64,000 nucleotides of DNA from Octopus vulgaris (lineage: Eukaryota): assembly GCA_951406725.2 (NCBI GenBank), contig OX597816.1:39060001-39124000 (forward strand), given 5' to 3'. Shown in pieces: positions 13,477-25,849 of the stretch. Each line of letters opens with the position of its first letter. The first letter of the stretch is position 1. The position numbers were made by a program, and so were the translations under genes. The notes below the pieces were generated by a model. The model worked only from the letters and a program-made list of their open reading frames with translations, was not told where the DNA came from and searched no databases.

Positions 13477-13679
13477 GTAAGTAAAAACGTTGTTGCTTTT
13501 GTTGTTGTTGTTGTTTTACTCCTCAGAGCTCTCGGTCCTGTTCGCTCTGGTTGATTCTGTGAGAGCAGGCAACAGCCTGTTGTCAGAAGTCTCACAGGGT
13601 CTATTTCTGCACATTATAAGCTTTTGATACTTGGTTAATTATTGTGGAAGACATTCAACATCCCAGCACCAATCTCAAA

Positions 13680-14064
13680 GTGGAGGCGCAATGGCCCAGT
13701 GGTTAGGGCAGTGGACTCGCGGTCGTAGGATCGCGGTTACGATTCCCAGACCGGGCGTTGTGAGTGTTTATTGAGCGAAAACACCTAAAGCTCCACGAGG
13801 CTCCGGCAGAGGATGGTGGTGATCCCTGCTGTACTCTTTCACCACAACTTTCTCTCACTCTTTCTTCCTGTTTCTGTTGTACCTGTATTTCAAAGGGCCG
13901 GCCTTGTCACTCTCTGTGTCATGCTGAATATCCCCGAGAACTACGTTAAGGGTACACATGTCTGTGGAGTGCTCAGCCACTTACACGTTAATTTCATGAG
14001 CAGGCTGTTCCGTTGGTCGGATCAACTGGAACCCTCATCGTCGTAACCGACGGAGTGCTTCCAC
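13680..14064 (+). mobile_element. Full-length young tRNA-derived SINE
   Basis: tRNA-like head gtggaggcgcaatggcccagtggttagg; 13-bp TSD caccaatctcaaa at 13667-13679 and 14065-14077; near-identical inverted copy at 31353-31736. Confidence 0.9.
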
Positions 14065-14396
14065 CACCAATCTCAAAATCCTAGCTGTCCTCAGCAGAGC
14101 AGTTTCGAGGCTTGTTCTGCTCTCATGTCAATTCCAATTTCTCTGACATATTTCTCAAACTTGGGTGTTAGTGATAAACAGGCAGACATGTTAGCACGTT
14201 GGACAAAATGCTTAGCAGCATTTTGTCTCTATGTTCCAAGGTCAAGTTCAAGTTCAGCCAAAGTCAACTTTGCCTTTCATCCTTCTGGAGCTGATAAAAT
14301 AAGTACCAGTCACTGTACTGGGGGTCCATGTAATTGAATTCCTCCTTCTCCCCAAAATTGCTGGTCTTGTTCCAAAATTTGAAACCATTATTATTT

Positions 14397-14671
14397 TGGT
14401 TTGACTCAGGTTCGGTCTTATTCCTGGTAGGATTTATGTGGGTAGCGGGTTAGTACCTGTAACTTTAGGTGTCCACAAGTTTTCAGCAGTCTTTCAAGTA
14501 CTTAGAATCCTCTTGATAATCCTTGCTGTCCCTAAGAGACAAACTTTCTGTAGGAGCTCTACTGGGCATTCTATTTCAATCTCCTTCAGCCATTTGGTTA
14601 TACCTTTGCTTACTGTTCTCAATGCACCAATTATTATAGGCACAATCTTTACTGTTCGCATGCTCCAAATT
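14397..14671 (-). mobile_element. 3' fragment of an R4/Dong-like non-LTR retrotransposon
   Basis: IVPIIIGALRTVSKG...LLQKVCLLGTARIIKRIL (RLE C-terminus); flanked by (AAT)n. Confidence 0.75.
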
Positions 14672-17396
14672 CTATTATTATTATTATTTTTATTATCATA
14701 TTCTTTCAGTTCTGTTTCCATTTCTTGCCGAGTGTTTTCTTGGTACCTAGGGCAGGGAAATACACTATATACATTGGTAGGCCATTAAAATAAACACAGC
14801 AGATTGTTCATTTACAAAGTCATGTAATAGAGGAAAAGGGAAAGAAAGAGAGAAAAAGGAAAAAATAAAAAAAGTAAACAAAGAAAATAAAGAGGAAAAA
14901 GTAAAGAAAATTCACAGCAACAATGCTCTTCTCAGTATATGCGATGTACCAGTTAAGACAATCTTTTACACTTTCTGCATAGATGGTAAGCCAGGGATCA
15001 TTCTTAAATAATTTTCAGTTCTTTTTTTGATCATTCCAAGTGCTCCTACAATCACTTGTATTGTAACTCTCTTGAGATGCCACATCTTTTCGATTTTGAT
15101 TAGCAAATCTTTATATTTTCTGAGTTTATCAAATACTTTTGCGAAGATATTATGGTCATGGGGTATGCTCATGTCAGTCAATAAACAGACTTTATTGTTT
15201 TGGTCTTTCACAACAATATCTGGTTTATCTGCTTTGATGGTCCAGTCTATACATACTGGAAAGTTCCAAAGAATCGTTACATTTTCTCTCTCAGTTATAA
15301 CGTCAGGGTGGTACTTCTACCAAAACTTCAGTAGTTTTGATTTTATAATGCTGACACATTATCCAATGTAGACCAACTCTGTCATGTCTTGATTTGTACT
15401 CTACAGCTGCTAAAATCTTACACCCAAAGATTAGGTGGTCCACTGTTTCAATCCCACCATTGTAGTATCAGCACCTTGGGTCTACATCATTTTTCATCAC
15501 ATTGGCTTGATCGTTCAAGGTCAATAAGCTCTGATCTTTAGCAGCCAAGATATAGCCTTCACTCTCTGCCTTTAGCCCCAAGCTCCATAGCCACTGATGG
15601 GTGTGCTTCTGGTCTACTTCAGCTTGTTTGCTACGGGCCACATATTTGCCATGCAGAGTTTTTAGTTCCCACCTATCAACCAATTTGTTATTGATTTCAC
15701 CTTCTTTGCAACTACAGTTGCTGCATTTCCATAATGCTGTTTAACCTGGGTATTATGCATAAACTCACTAGGAAATTCTTTGCTTTCCTTCGTAACAGAA
15801 TGAAGCTTTTTACATCTCTCATGGTTTTCAATGAGCTTTAGCACCCATTCATTAGATGTTTCAAGATATTTTGCCAGTCCAGTTGTGGTGGTTTTGTAAG
15901 AGATTTCAAATTGAATCAAGCCATGACTTTTTCGAGCTTTGGGTAGGTAAAGACAATCTGCATCTCCCTTTGGGTAGTGCATCTTATTGCAAGTCAGCAG
16001 CATATGGATTTTCCTGTCATTTTTCCTTATTTCGCTCATACTCCAGTTCAATGCATTGGAACTGTAAATGATAACCAGAACTGCTAAGGAATTTATGGCT
16101 AACACTTTGTTACATGCATTTAACTTGGATTTTTGGACTGCTTAAACTCTCCTCTACATTCCTTCCTGATCTCTTTCATGTTTGAATGTCAGAGTCCTCA
16201 TTTATTCCAAGGTATTTGTAAGTTTGTTCCTGGTCAAGTTCTTTTATAACTGTGTCAACATCCAACACAACTGAAGGTGAGGTCTTCAATTTCCCTTTCT
16301 GGAAAGTGGCCAGGGCACATGCATGAAAACCAAATTCCATCCCACTGTCATCACTGAATGCTTTCACAGTATGTAGTAGTCCTTCAAGCTCATTATTGTC
16401 GTTGCCATAGAATTTTAAGTCATCCATATAAAATAGATGACTTAGTTTCCTGTTTTTATACCCATACCCTGTTCTGTTTGTGATGGGTATTAGGGATGTA
16501 CAAAAAATTAAAGGTGAAAGTGAGTCACCTTGGAGAATACCACAGTTGATATTAATATTTTTTGTGGTCAGTCCTCCATTAGAGTGATATAACTGGAGAT
16601 TCATATTCCACACTGACATGTTGTGTTTCATGAAGTTTGAAATAACAGGAAAAATTTTGAAGACATCTAGCGATTTCGAAATCTGTGAATGCGGTATGCT
16701 GTCAAAGGCCTTTATATAATCAATCCATGTGGTTCTAAGAGTTTTGCATTTGTTATAACAGTTCTCAAAGGTCATGTGATTGATTAAGAGTTGATCTTTG
16801 CATCTACATGAGCCTCGTTGGCACCCTTTTTGTTCAGTGGGGAAAATATCGTTCTGTTCCATAAATTTGTATGTTTTCTCCATGAGGATGGATGTTGTGG
16901 TAGATAGACATGTTATGGGCTGATAGTTTTGGGGAAATTTAGTTTCATTATTCTTCAAGTAATACCTCTTGTCTAACCAATCAGGTGTCTTCATAGGATC
17001 TCTCATAATTTCACTGAATAACTGGACTAACTTTTCGTGTGCACAGAAGAGCAATGCAAGCTAGAAATTTAGCACCCTTTCATTACCAGGGGATTTCCAC
17101 TCACAAGCCTTCATGAGTGTCATCCTTAGATCTGCTATTGTGATGTCTTCCTATGCTTGTTCTGATAGATTTTGGTTGGATCCTTCTGTGCATCTAATCC
17201 AGTCTTCATTTTCATTGTAAGTCTTTTCATTGCTTCAGATATTTTTCCAAAAGTTTTCAACTTCTTCCATGGGAGGGGGGAATCTTCAACGGTCATTTTC
17301 TCCTTCCCTATTTCTCTGTAGAACAATGGTTCCTAACCCTTTTATTTAAATGATGATGAGTTTTCCCACTGACCCCTTTTAATATGCTTGTCCTTA

Positions 17397-17427
<31 letters not shown>

Positions 17428-17600
17428 TTATGAAATTTTGAATTTAGTTCATGGACCCCCAGTACTACCCATCAGGGGTCCATGGAACTCATGTGGGAAA
17501 CCACTGCTGCAGAATGCTTTCGATTTGCATTATTTTGCTTGTAAAACTTGTTTCTCTTCCAAATCTTCATATTCTTTGAGCTTTTGCTTGGACTTTTTCT
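14672..17600 (-). mobile_element. Degenerate R4/Dong-clade non-LTR retrotransposon (RT plus restriction-like endonuclease)
   Basis: GILQGDSLSPLIFC, HLFYMDDLK, YKYLGI RT motifs; PDIVV..LLTDMSIP..K..KYKDL RLE; frameshifted; (AAT)n 3' tail. Confidence 0.88.
17324..17506. mobile_element. hAT-type MITE nested in the Dong-like element (relatives at about 23667-24001 and 48499-48748)
   Basis: caatggttcc...ggaaaccactg TIRs; 8-bp TSD ctgtagaa/ctgcagaa. Confidence 0.7.
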
Positions 17601-18479
17601 TGCAGTATTTGGCTTGGGGCTATAGTAGAAGACACTTGTCTAAGGTGCCATGAAGTGGAACTGAACCTGAAACTACATGGCTGCAAGGCAAACTTCTTGA
17701 TACTACAGTGTGAGCTTCTCTAATGACTTGCTTTGGCTATAATGTCATAATGTCAGCATAAACCAGTTCCACGTTTTTGGTTACATGGGCCATTCCTGCT
17801 CCTCATCATCATATATTCATTTTTCCATGCTTGCATGTTTCAGACAGAATTTGTCGATGCAGATTTTCTATGGCCTAATACCCTTTCCTGTTGCAGGACC
17901 GCACTTGTTTCCAGGCAGAGTAATATTTTCCTGTACCTAGACCCTTTAGAATTTAAATTAGCTTATACCCAACCCAAATATTCTGCTCACTTTATGTTCA
18001 TACCAGCTTGATCTACCCTACAACATCATTCTAAAAATAAAACAATTACACCAACAAAATTCCAAAACTACGAGATAATGCATGATTAATTCAAAACAAT
18101 TTGAATAATTAAGCATTACATTTGACAGAATAATCCGAATGTTAAAAGGTTAGAAATGTTTTTCACTGAATAGTTTTTGTTTAGATTAACATCAAAATTA
18201 TTGGTTAGAATAGACAGAAAGAGATTAACAAGATTTGCTTACAGTAACATAGTTTACTAGCATTAGCATAGTTTATTTAAATAATGCTGTTTTGAGTTGG
18301 TATTTCATATGAACAAGTTGGCATATGTCTTTTGCAAAACTATTGTAGCTGAGTAAATGCTATACTTCAAAGCCTATGATGATGAAAATGACTGATCATC
18401 ATCATCATAGTAGTAAAAATGTGATGAAATGGCAATAAATCCTAGTTTAATCCTAGTTTCTTATTACAGAAATGCATCA

Positions 18480-18788
18480 CCTCACTGTCAACCACCATTG
18501 TCAACCACCTCACCAATAACAACACTGAACACCTTTTTGATCTCCATGTGTCTAACACACGTGGACATGCCTACAAAGTCAGAAAACAACACAGCTCCCA
18601 TGACTTTCGGAAACATTTCTTCACGCTCAGAGTTGCTGAAGCATGGAATAAACTGCCTGCGTCAGTTGTTGACTGCCATGACACTGCATCCTTTAAGGCC
18701 CTCATGCTTTCCAAAATCCATCGAAACTACACCTGATTATATATGCACTTTAGATGAGTTGTAGTGCACCTGAGCACTGTACACAATG

Positions 18789-18820
<32 letters not shown>
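18480..18820 (+). mobile_element. CR1-type LINE 3' end with (ATT)n tail
   Basis: SNTRGHAYKV...RKHFFTLRVAEAWNKLP motif. Confidence 0.85.
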
Positions 18821-18822
<2 letters not shown>

Positions 18823-19458
18823 CACTGTGTCTCATAAATTCTCTATCGTAAGGTGAATAGAAAAAGGCACAGGTATTTAGAAATACCTAGGTGATTGTTA
18901 AAGTAAAAAATAACGACCAAATCTGTCTCAGAACTCTGACAATCTTAAAAACAGAAAGGAGATATTGGATAGGGTAGTCTTAGAGAGCCTTTTTTAGACA
19001 TGGTTAAGTGCTTTTGTTGGTTAAGTTGGTTTGATCTGGGGTTCTGCAACAAAAATAAATTTGAAAATTTATAAACTGCCAACTGATTTAACCCTTTAGC
19101 ATTACATCAGCCATACCTGTGTTATGTTCAAACTGGCTGGATCTGGCCTCTCACACCTACCTGACAAAGTTATTCTAAAAATTCTAAACAATGTGAATAA
19201 ATAAGCATTTATTATATTTGACAGATTTATATGAATGAAAAAGGGTTAATATGTATTTGAAGAGAATCAAGATACTCAGAAATTTGTATGGGGTTTGGGT
19301 AGAGGAGTACATTTTTGATCTAGCAACTAATGTGGGTTTTTTTGTAAGGCAGTAGTTTATGACTTGAGGAAGATTTGGCTGCTTGTTATAGCAGGTCAAG
19401 TGACCTCTTAAAGGCTCCCATTCATGAAAGTTGACGTTGCAACTATTTTTATAAAATA

Positions 19459-19857
19459 CTAGCAGTATCGCCCGGCGTTGCTCGGGTTTGTAAGGGAAAT
19501 AACTATATAAGCATTTTTAGAGAGTTATAGCCAAAAAATAGCAAAAAAATGCATTAAAAATGGAAAAAAAAATTATGGTAAATTTTTTTTTAAATCGTTG
19601 ACTCATCGTAGACATTTTTAGAGAGTTACTTCCCTTATATAATAGCGAAAAAATGCATTAAAATGGAAAAACATTATGGTAAATTTTTTTTTAAATCGTA
19701 GACTCATCGTAGACACGTGCTAATACCCAGAAGGGCTCGATATGAATCACAACTATAAGATACCCGGTTTTGGTTAAACTGCATCGCAAAATGTGGGAGA
19801 AGTTAGGAATCTAAATCGTAGGAGACAGACACACAACTTCACTTTTATATATAAAGA
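19459..19857 (-). mobile_element. Non-autonomous Helitron, copy 1
   Basis: On - strand: 5' TC start, 3' cccgagcaacgccggg hairpin then CTAG; A^T insertion site. Confidence 0.85.
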
Positions 19858-19869
19858 TTATAAGTAAAA

Positions 19870-20391
19870 CTAGCAGTATCGCCCGGCGTTGCTCGGGTTT
19901 GTAAGGGAAATAACTATATAAGCATTTTTAGAGAGTTACTTCCCTTATAGATGCCAATTCGGGCTTTCTTAGCCATTTCTGTTTTGGTGTCTTCAAGCCA
20001 TGAAGTCGTTGTTCTAAAAGAACACTGGTCTCCTTGACAACGCTTTACGACGTTGATTTCCTTACACTCCCCTCCCCACAGCTTCACGAGGGAGGGAAGA
20101 AGGGGGAGAAGCAAACAGGTGCAGGTGTGACCATGGACACCAACTCCGCCGCCATCGACACATGAAGAATTATGCATTAAAATGGAATAAAAAATGATGT
20201 TAAATTATTTTTAAACTCGTAGACTCATCGTAGACGCGCGCTAATACTCAGACTAATACTCAGGGCTCAATATGAATCACGACTATAAGATACCCGAATT
20301 TGGTTAAACTGCACCGCAAAATGTGGGAGTAGTTAGGAATCTAAATCGAAGAGGACAGACACTCACACAACTACAGTTTTATATATATAGA
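19870..20391 (-). mobile_element. Non-autonomous Helitron, copy 2, with an extra internal segment
   Basis: Same termini as copy 1; 19950-20170 is not shared with the other copies. Confidence 0.85.
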
Positions 20392-20892
20392 TTACATGTC
20401 TAAATATGTTTCTGCTGTGGCTGCAACAACAACAGCAGCAGCAGCTGTTGATTTTCAAATTATTCAAAATATTCATGTCTGCAGTTGACTCCCAAGACTT
20501 GTAAACATATGAGAAGCCATATTACCATGAATTTGAGCACAAGGGGCCTCCATGACAAAATTAAGCAATAGCTGTCACTTGCAAGCAAGTAAAGGCTAAT
20601 AGCATGTACCAAGATTTCACTAAATGCTTTAGGTACCTATTTAATTACAAACAGATTTAGACACCCACTCAGCCCTTCCAACTTTGACTCTGCAGAACAT
20701 TGAGGATGTGACACCTGGAGGGAAAACTAGCTGCACCAATAGGTAATTAGTATGCATTTTCAGCTGAGTAGTCTACAGTAACATGAAATGAAGTGCCTTG
20801 CTGAAGGACACGATACACTACTGGGTCCAGAAATTGGACCCATGTCTTTATAATCATGATTCCAATTTGCCTAATGACAAAATACCTATTCT

Positions 20893-21113
20893 TTCTCTTT
20901 TACTCTTTTACTTGTTTCAGTCATTTGACTGCGGCCATGCTGGAGCATCGCCTTTAATCGAGCAACTCGACCCCGGGACTTATTCTTTTGTAAGCCCAGT
21001 ACTTATTCTATCGGTCTCTTTTGCCAAACCGCTAAGTTACGGGGACGTAAACACAACAGCATCGGTTGTCAAGCGATGTTAAGGGGACAAACACAGACGC
21101 ACAAACACACACA

Positions 21114-21171
<58 letters not shown>

Positions 21172-21338
21172 TACAACAGGCTTCTTTCAGTTTCTGTCTG
21201 CCAAATCCACTCACAAGGCTTTGGTCGGCCCGAGACTATAGTATTAGACACTTGCCCAAGGTGCCACGCAGTGGGACTGAACGCGGAACCATGTGGTTGG
21301 TAAACAAGCTACTTACCACACAGCCACTCCTGCGCCTA
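20893..21338 (-). mobile_element. Abundant tRNA-headed CORE-like SINE with internal (TA)n; other copies at about 955-1225, 24605-24968, 30700-31098, 49075-49708, 52290-52655, 57022-57417, 57943-58330, 60735-61123, 62080-62910
   Basis: Repeated ggcaccttgggcaagtgtcttctactatagc body and aagtaaaagagtaaaag tail. Confidence 0.85.
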
Positions 21339-21560
21339 TAATCATGAATCCAACATTCCTAATGATAAAATACAAGTTAGACCTCTTAAATCTAGCAGTA
21401 GTTCATCTGACAACTCTTTCGACCCAGCACATTGTGAGCCTGCTGTGATTGGTTTCTTGATCTACCTCTAGGATATTTATAGTTTTAGACTTTATATTAT
21501 GCAAAACAATAAAAAATACCTCGTTTGGAATCAATATTGGTTATGTATGTTTGCGTATTT

Positions 21561-22860
21561 GTACATGAGAGTTTCTACTGAAAGTAATGCAAAAATGGAC
21601 ATATCTTAATATTATCTGACATAGGTAGTTCGCATTGCACATATTGGTTGAGAAACTCTTCTATAGTGACTTTTCTTTCTGTTCTTCTTTATTGCAATCA
21701 AATAATTAAATAGGAGCAGCAGTAACATGCAGTCGTATTCTTGATGAAGGAGGCATGCAGACTATCCAACATCCACTGAAAGTTACAGGTTATATATGGA
21801 GAAGATACCACTGACAAAAATAATGTGAAGAAACGAATAAAGAAATTTAAAGAAGAGAAAACAGCATTAAAGACAAACCATGAGTGGAAGACCATTGGTT
21901 GCAATCATTATTATCATTTAGCATTCATTTTCCATGCTGGCATTGGTTTGATGGTAAGCTGGAGAGCTGTACCAAACTCCAGTCTGTTTTGGTTTGGTTT
22001 CTACAGCTGGATGCCCTTCCTAATGCCAACCACTCCACTGAATGTACTGGGTGCCTTTTACATGTCACTGGCATGGGTGCTCTTATGTGTCGCTGGCACA
22101 GGTACCTTTTATGTGTCACAGGCATGGGTACCTCACACATGTCAGCAGCACTGGCCACAACTAAGATTCCGTTAAGTGTGATATGTCTTCTCAAGCACAA
22201 CAAATCACCCTTGGTCATTTGCTATTGCCTCTGTGAGATTCAACATCCGAAGATTTGATCACTGATGCTAATCACCAACAAGTTGATGGATTAATTCACA
22301 GAGACAAAGAAGTCACAATGGTAAGATCGCTGCACAACTGGATGGTGGAAAAACCTTGTCTACCAGGAATTGTGTACAAAGTGGCACCACGGTAGTTGAC
22401 ACTCAGTTTGAAGGAGAGAAGAGTGGAAGTCTGTTCTGATTTAATGGAAGTATTTGAAGCCAAAGTAGACAATTTTGACTCCAGTCAGGTGGCAGGAAAT
22501 GTAATGTAGACATATCTTCATGATCTAGAAATGAAAGCTCAATCTATGGAATGGTGTCATACCTCTTCTCTGAAGGCTAAGACGTTCAAAAGCTTGTGGG
22601 GTTTTTTTAAGAAAGTCATGGTGACTGTTTTTGAGATGACAATTTTGATTTTCTGGAACATTGCTGTACTGTGAATAGTGAGTGGTACATTGGTACATTT
22701 GGGAAGCTACAAACTGAGAGAAGCTATTTGGAGGAAATTACCAAACAAAAATGTATTCATGAAGGCTTTTAAATACTTTATAGATTGCAATTCAAACGTT
22801 AAAAGATACAGAAGAGTTCGACTAACTTTGATATGTTTAAATTCCTTGAGGATTGACCTT
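21561..22860 (+). mobile_element. Fossil mariner transposon, interrupted by a retroelement at about 21903-22255
   Basis: Degenerate IH.KLQVIYGE...VKKRIKKFKE..DKP.SGRP helix-turn-helix and EMKAQSMEWCH..S..AKTFK catalytic-region remnants; many stops. Confidence 0.7.
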
Positions 22861-24277
22861 GTATTTTATCTACAAGTGAAGAATGAAGATAAAATTGGGT
22901 TGTCACTTGACTGGTAAACTGTAGTCAAATGAATATAGATAGTAGACAAATGTGGACACAGTATTTATGTTATTTTAATAAAATAACGGAAATACTGTGA
23001 CCAATAACTAAGCAATTCAACTTTTTGTGTCCGTATATACTTGAAACACAACAAAATCGTATTAAGATTTAGAATATTCTATAAGGGAAACTACTCTGAC
23101 ATATATGCGAGTTATCTCCCTTAAATATACGAGCCAGTTTTATTTTCGTTTATTTTCGTTTTCGGTTCATTGGTGTGTGCGGAATGAATTTTGTTTTGTA
23201 AATTCGTGGATTTTAGCCACTAATTTCTTAAAATATTGGGTACGAACGAATTTTTGTGAAATAGTGTTTGAAATAAAATACCTAGAGAAACCGTTCGCAA
23301 CGCAAAATAAATGAAAATAATGTAGTAAAGTAGATAAATCAAATATTAATTACGGGGGTGAAAAAGAAAACATTAATTCAATTGCTAATATTATTTTAGC
23401 CTGATTTTGGCAAGTACAGGAGACAACTCTAGACACGCTTCGCTCAACTTACACCTCCTCAGCTAAGCGTAGATTTCCCAGATCTAGTAGAGAGAGAATC
23501 ACAACAGTCGATGTACAGTAATATCTCAGGGTTATTCTCCCCTATTGCCTTGTACGATGTACATTATTTTACAGCACTAGAAAGGTTACCTTGTTCTTAG
23601 CAAGACAAGACTAAAAGGACCTCTCGACCCTGTTTTCTTTTGGCTTGCTTACTAATCACTCTAGGGCAGGGATTCTCAACCATTTTTTATTTTATTTATG
23701 GACCCCTTTGATTACTATTTTATTCTGGTATGCCCCACTAGCCATTTAATGTTTAAAAACTAGTTTTATAGAAACTTCTTTCAAAATTCCTATTTTGATT
23801 TTCACTTATTAACTTGTGTAGATTGACCTATGTAAAATGTTAGAGAAAGAAACCTGGCTGTTTCTTACAGTACATAGCAATATGTACATTGAAAGCAAAA
23901 ATATTTCAGGGGCCCTTAAAATACTGTTGTGGATCCCCAACTTACTATTTTGTAGCATGAACCCCCAAAAATCTTATATGGACCTCGATTGAGAGCCATT
24001 GCTTTTGAGGATGTGTTGTGTGGCATTTTCCATTGAGGTGCGTAGACGGAGATGCTTTGTACACTGTGAGTGTACAGAGTGTTCAGTACACTACTTTTAC
24101 TCAGGTAATGTGACCAAGAAGGGGAACAGACGAGAGAACAGTATCAGGAAGCCTGGAGTGTGTGGATGGGTGAAAGGAGCAAGCATATACAGTTAATTGA
24201 AATTTTTTTGTTGCAAATTAATTAAAATGAATAACACTATTTCTTCTTTTTTCTTAATTTCATTTTAACCAACAAAG

Positions 24278-24591
24278 GCCCTTAATAAATTCTGTTGTCC
24301 GTAAAAGTTACCTGAAGGTAGATGGTTGTCAGGGCACAACAAATGGAGTTCAGTATTTGGAACATGTACAGGCACAGATAAGTTTAACATATTCTCGACG
24401 GGGTGACCTTAAAATCATGTTGACATCACCAAATGGCACACGCTCCGTATTACTTCCACCTCGGCCAAATGATCTTGTGGCAACAACATTTGATAATTGG
24501 CCTTTTCTCACAGTCCACTTCTGGGGAGAATATGCCATTGGTGAGTGGTTGTTGGAAATAGAAGATGTTTCAAATCACCACTCCAGTTCAG
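24278..24591 (+). CDS. FURIN: Furin-like convertase P-domain exon (PLINSVVRKSYLKVDGCQGTTNGVQYLEHVQAQISLTYSRRGDL...HFWGEYAIGEWLLEIEDVSNHHSSS)
   Basis: aacaaag acceptor, G|gtaatt donor; 314 nt; phase 2 to 1; LEHVQ, RRGDL and HFWGE motifs. Confidence 0.93.
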
Positions 24592-25291
24592 GTAATTATA
24601 TTTCTTTTATCTTTTATTTGTTTCAGTAATTGGACTGTGGCTATTCTGGAGTACCACCTTAAGTGGTTTAGTCAGACAAATCAACCCCAATACTTATTTT
24701 TTTTTTAATTAAAATCTGGTACTTATATTGTCTTCTTTTGCAGAACTACTAAGTTACAAGGATGTAAATAAACCCATACCAATTGTTGGAGGCAGACACA
24801 AAGAAAGATATGCACACACACACACACGACGGGCTTCTTTCAGTTTCTGTCTACCAAATCCACTCACAAGGCTTTGGTCAGCCTGGGGCTTTAGTAGAAG
24901 ATACTTGCCCAAGGTGTTACACAGCGGGTCTGAATCTTGGGAAGCAAACTTCTTAACACACAGCCATGCTAATTAATTTCAGTGAATATTTTGACTTTTT
25001 TGTTGAAATACATCCGTATATTTTATGTCTTAATTTTTTGAAGCATATCATTATCTGAACTGATGGAGAAAAAATTTTCAAAATATTAGCCTCTACTCTA
25101 TTACTGTGTGATTTTCATGCTGGGCAAAATGCTTGGTAGCATTTGTTTGTCTTTACGTTCTGAGTTCAGATTCCACCAAGGTCAACTTTGCCTTTCATCC
25201 TTTTGGGATCAATAAAATAAGCACCAGGGTTGATATAATCAACTTGCCCCTTCACTCGAAATTTCAGGCCTTGTTCCTTTATTAAAAAGGA

Positions 25292-25322
<31 letters not shown>

Positions 25323-25849
25323 TTATTACTATCATTATTAAGGTGGCAAGCGGTAGAATTGTTGGCGTCGTCGTCGTCATTATTATTATTATTATTATTA
25401 AGGTGGCAAGCGGTAGAATTGTTAGCACACTGGGCGAAATACTTTAGTGGCAATTTGACCCATCTTCACATACTGAGTTCAAATTCCGCTGAGATCGATT
25501 TTATCTTTCACCCTTTCGGGGTCAATAAATTAAGTACCACTGAAACACTGAGGTCAGTTGGGGTCAATGTAATCAACTAGTCTCCTCCCCCAAAATTTCA
25601 GGCCTTACGCCTTTAGTAGAAAGGATAGGGCAGTAGAACTAACGAATAGTTAATGGCCATTCAACAGTGTGTACATATATGTGGGATGCTTTCTGTGTGT
25701 GTGTATGATTATATATATATATATATTGTATATTTTTAAGCTTCTTTCTATATTTATATTTTTACATTTTTTTAATATTTACATTTGTTATTTCTTTTAT
25801 AACTTTTTCTAGGTTTTTTTTTCTTTTCTTTTTTTTTGTCGTTTTTGCT

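Noticed and set aside
13680-13755. tRNA-like sequence (also 31660-31736, 61335-61410, 8630-8700)
   Set aside because: These are SINE heads continuing into a conserved repeat body with TSDs, not stand-alone tRNA genes
16176-17054. 292-aa RT ORF as a functional gene
   Set aside because: Part of a frameshifted, MITE-interrupted retrotransposon
23428-23465. Hammerhead-like CTGAGGA...GAAGCGTGTC on the - strand
   Set aside because: Stem II does not pair and the stem I register is inconsistent; at most a very decayed relic
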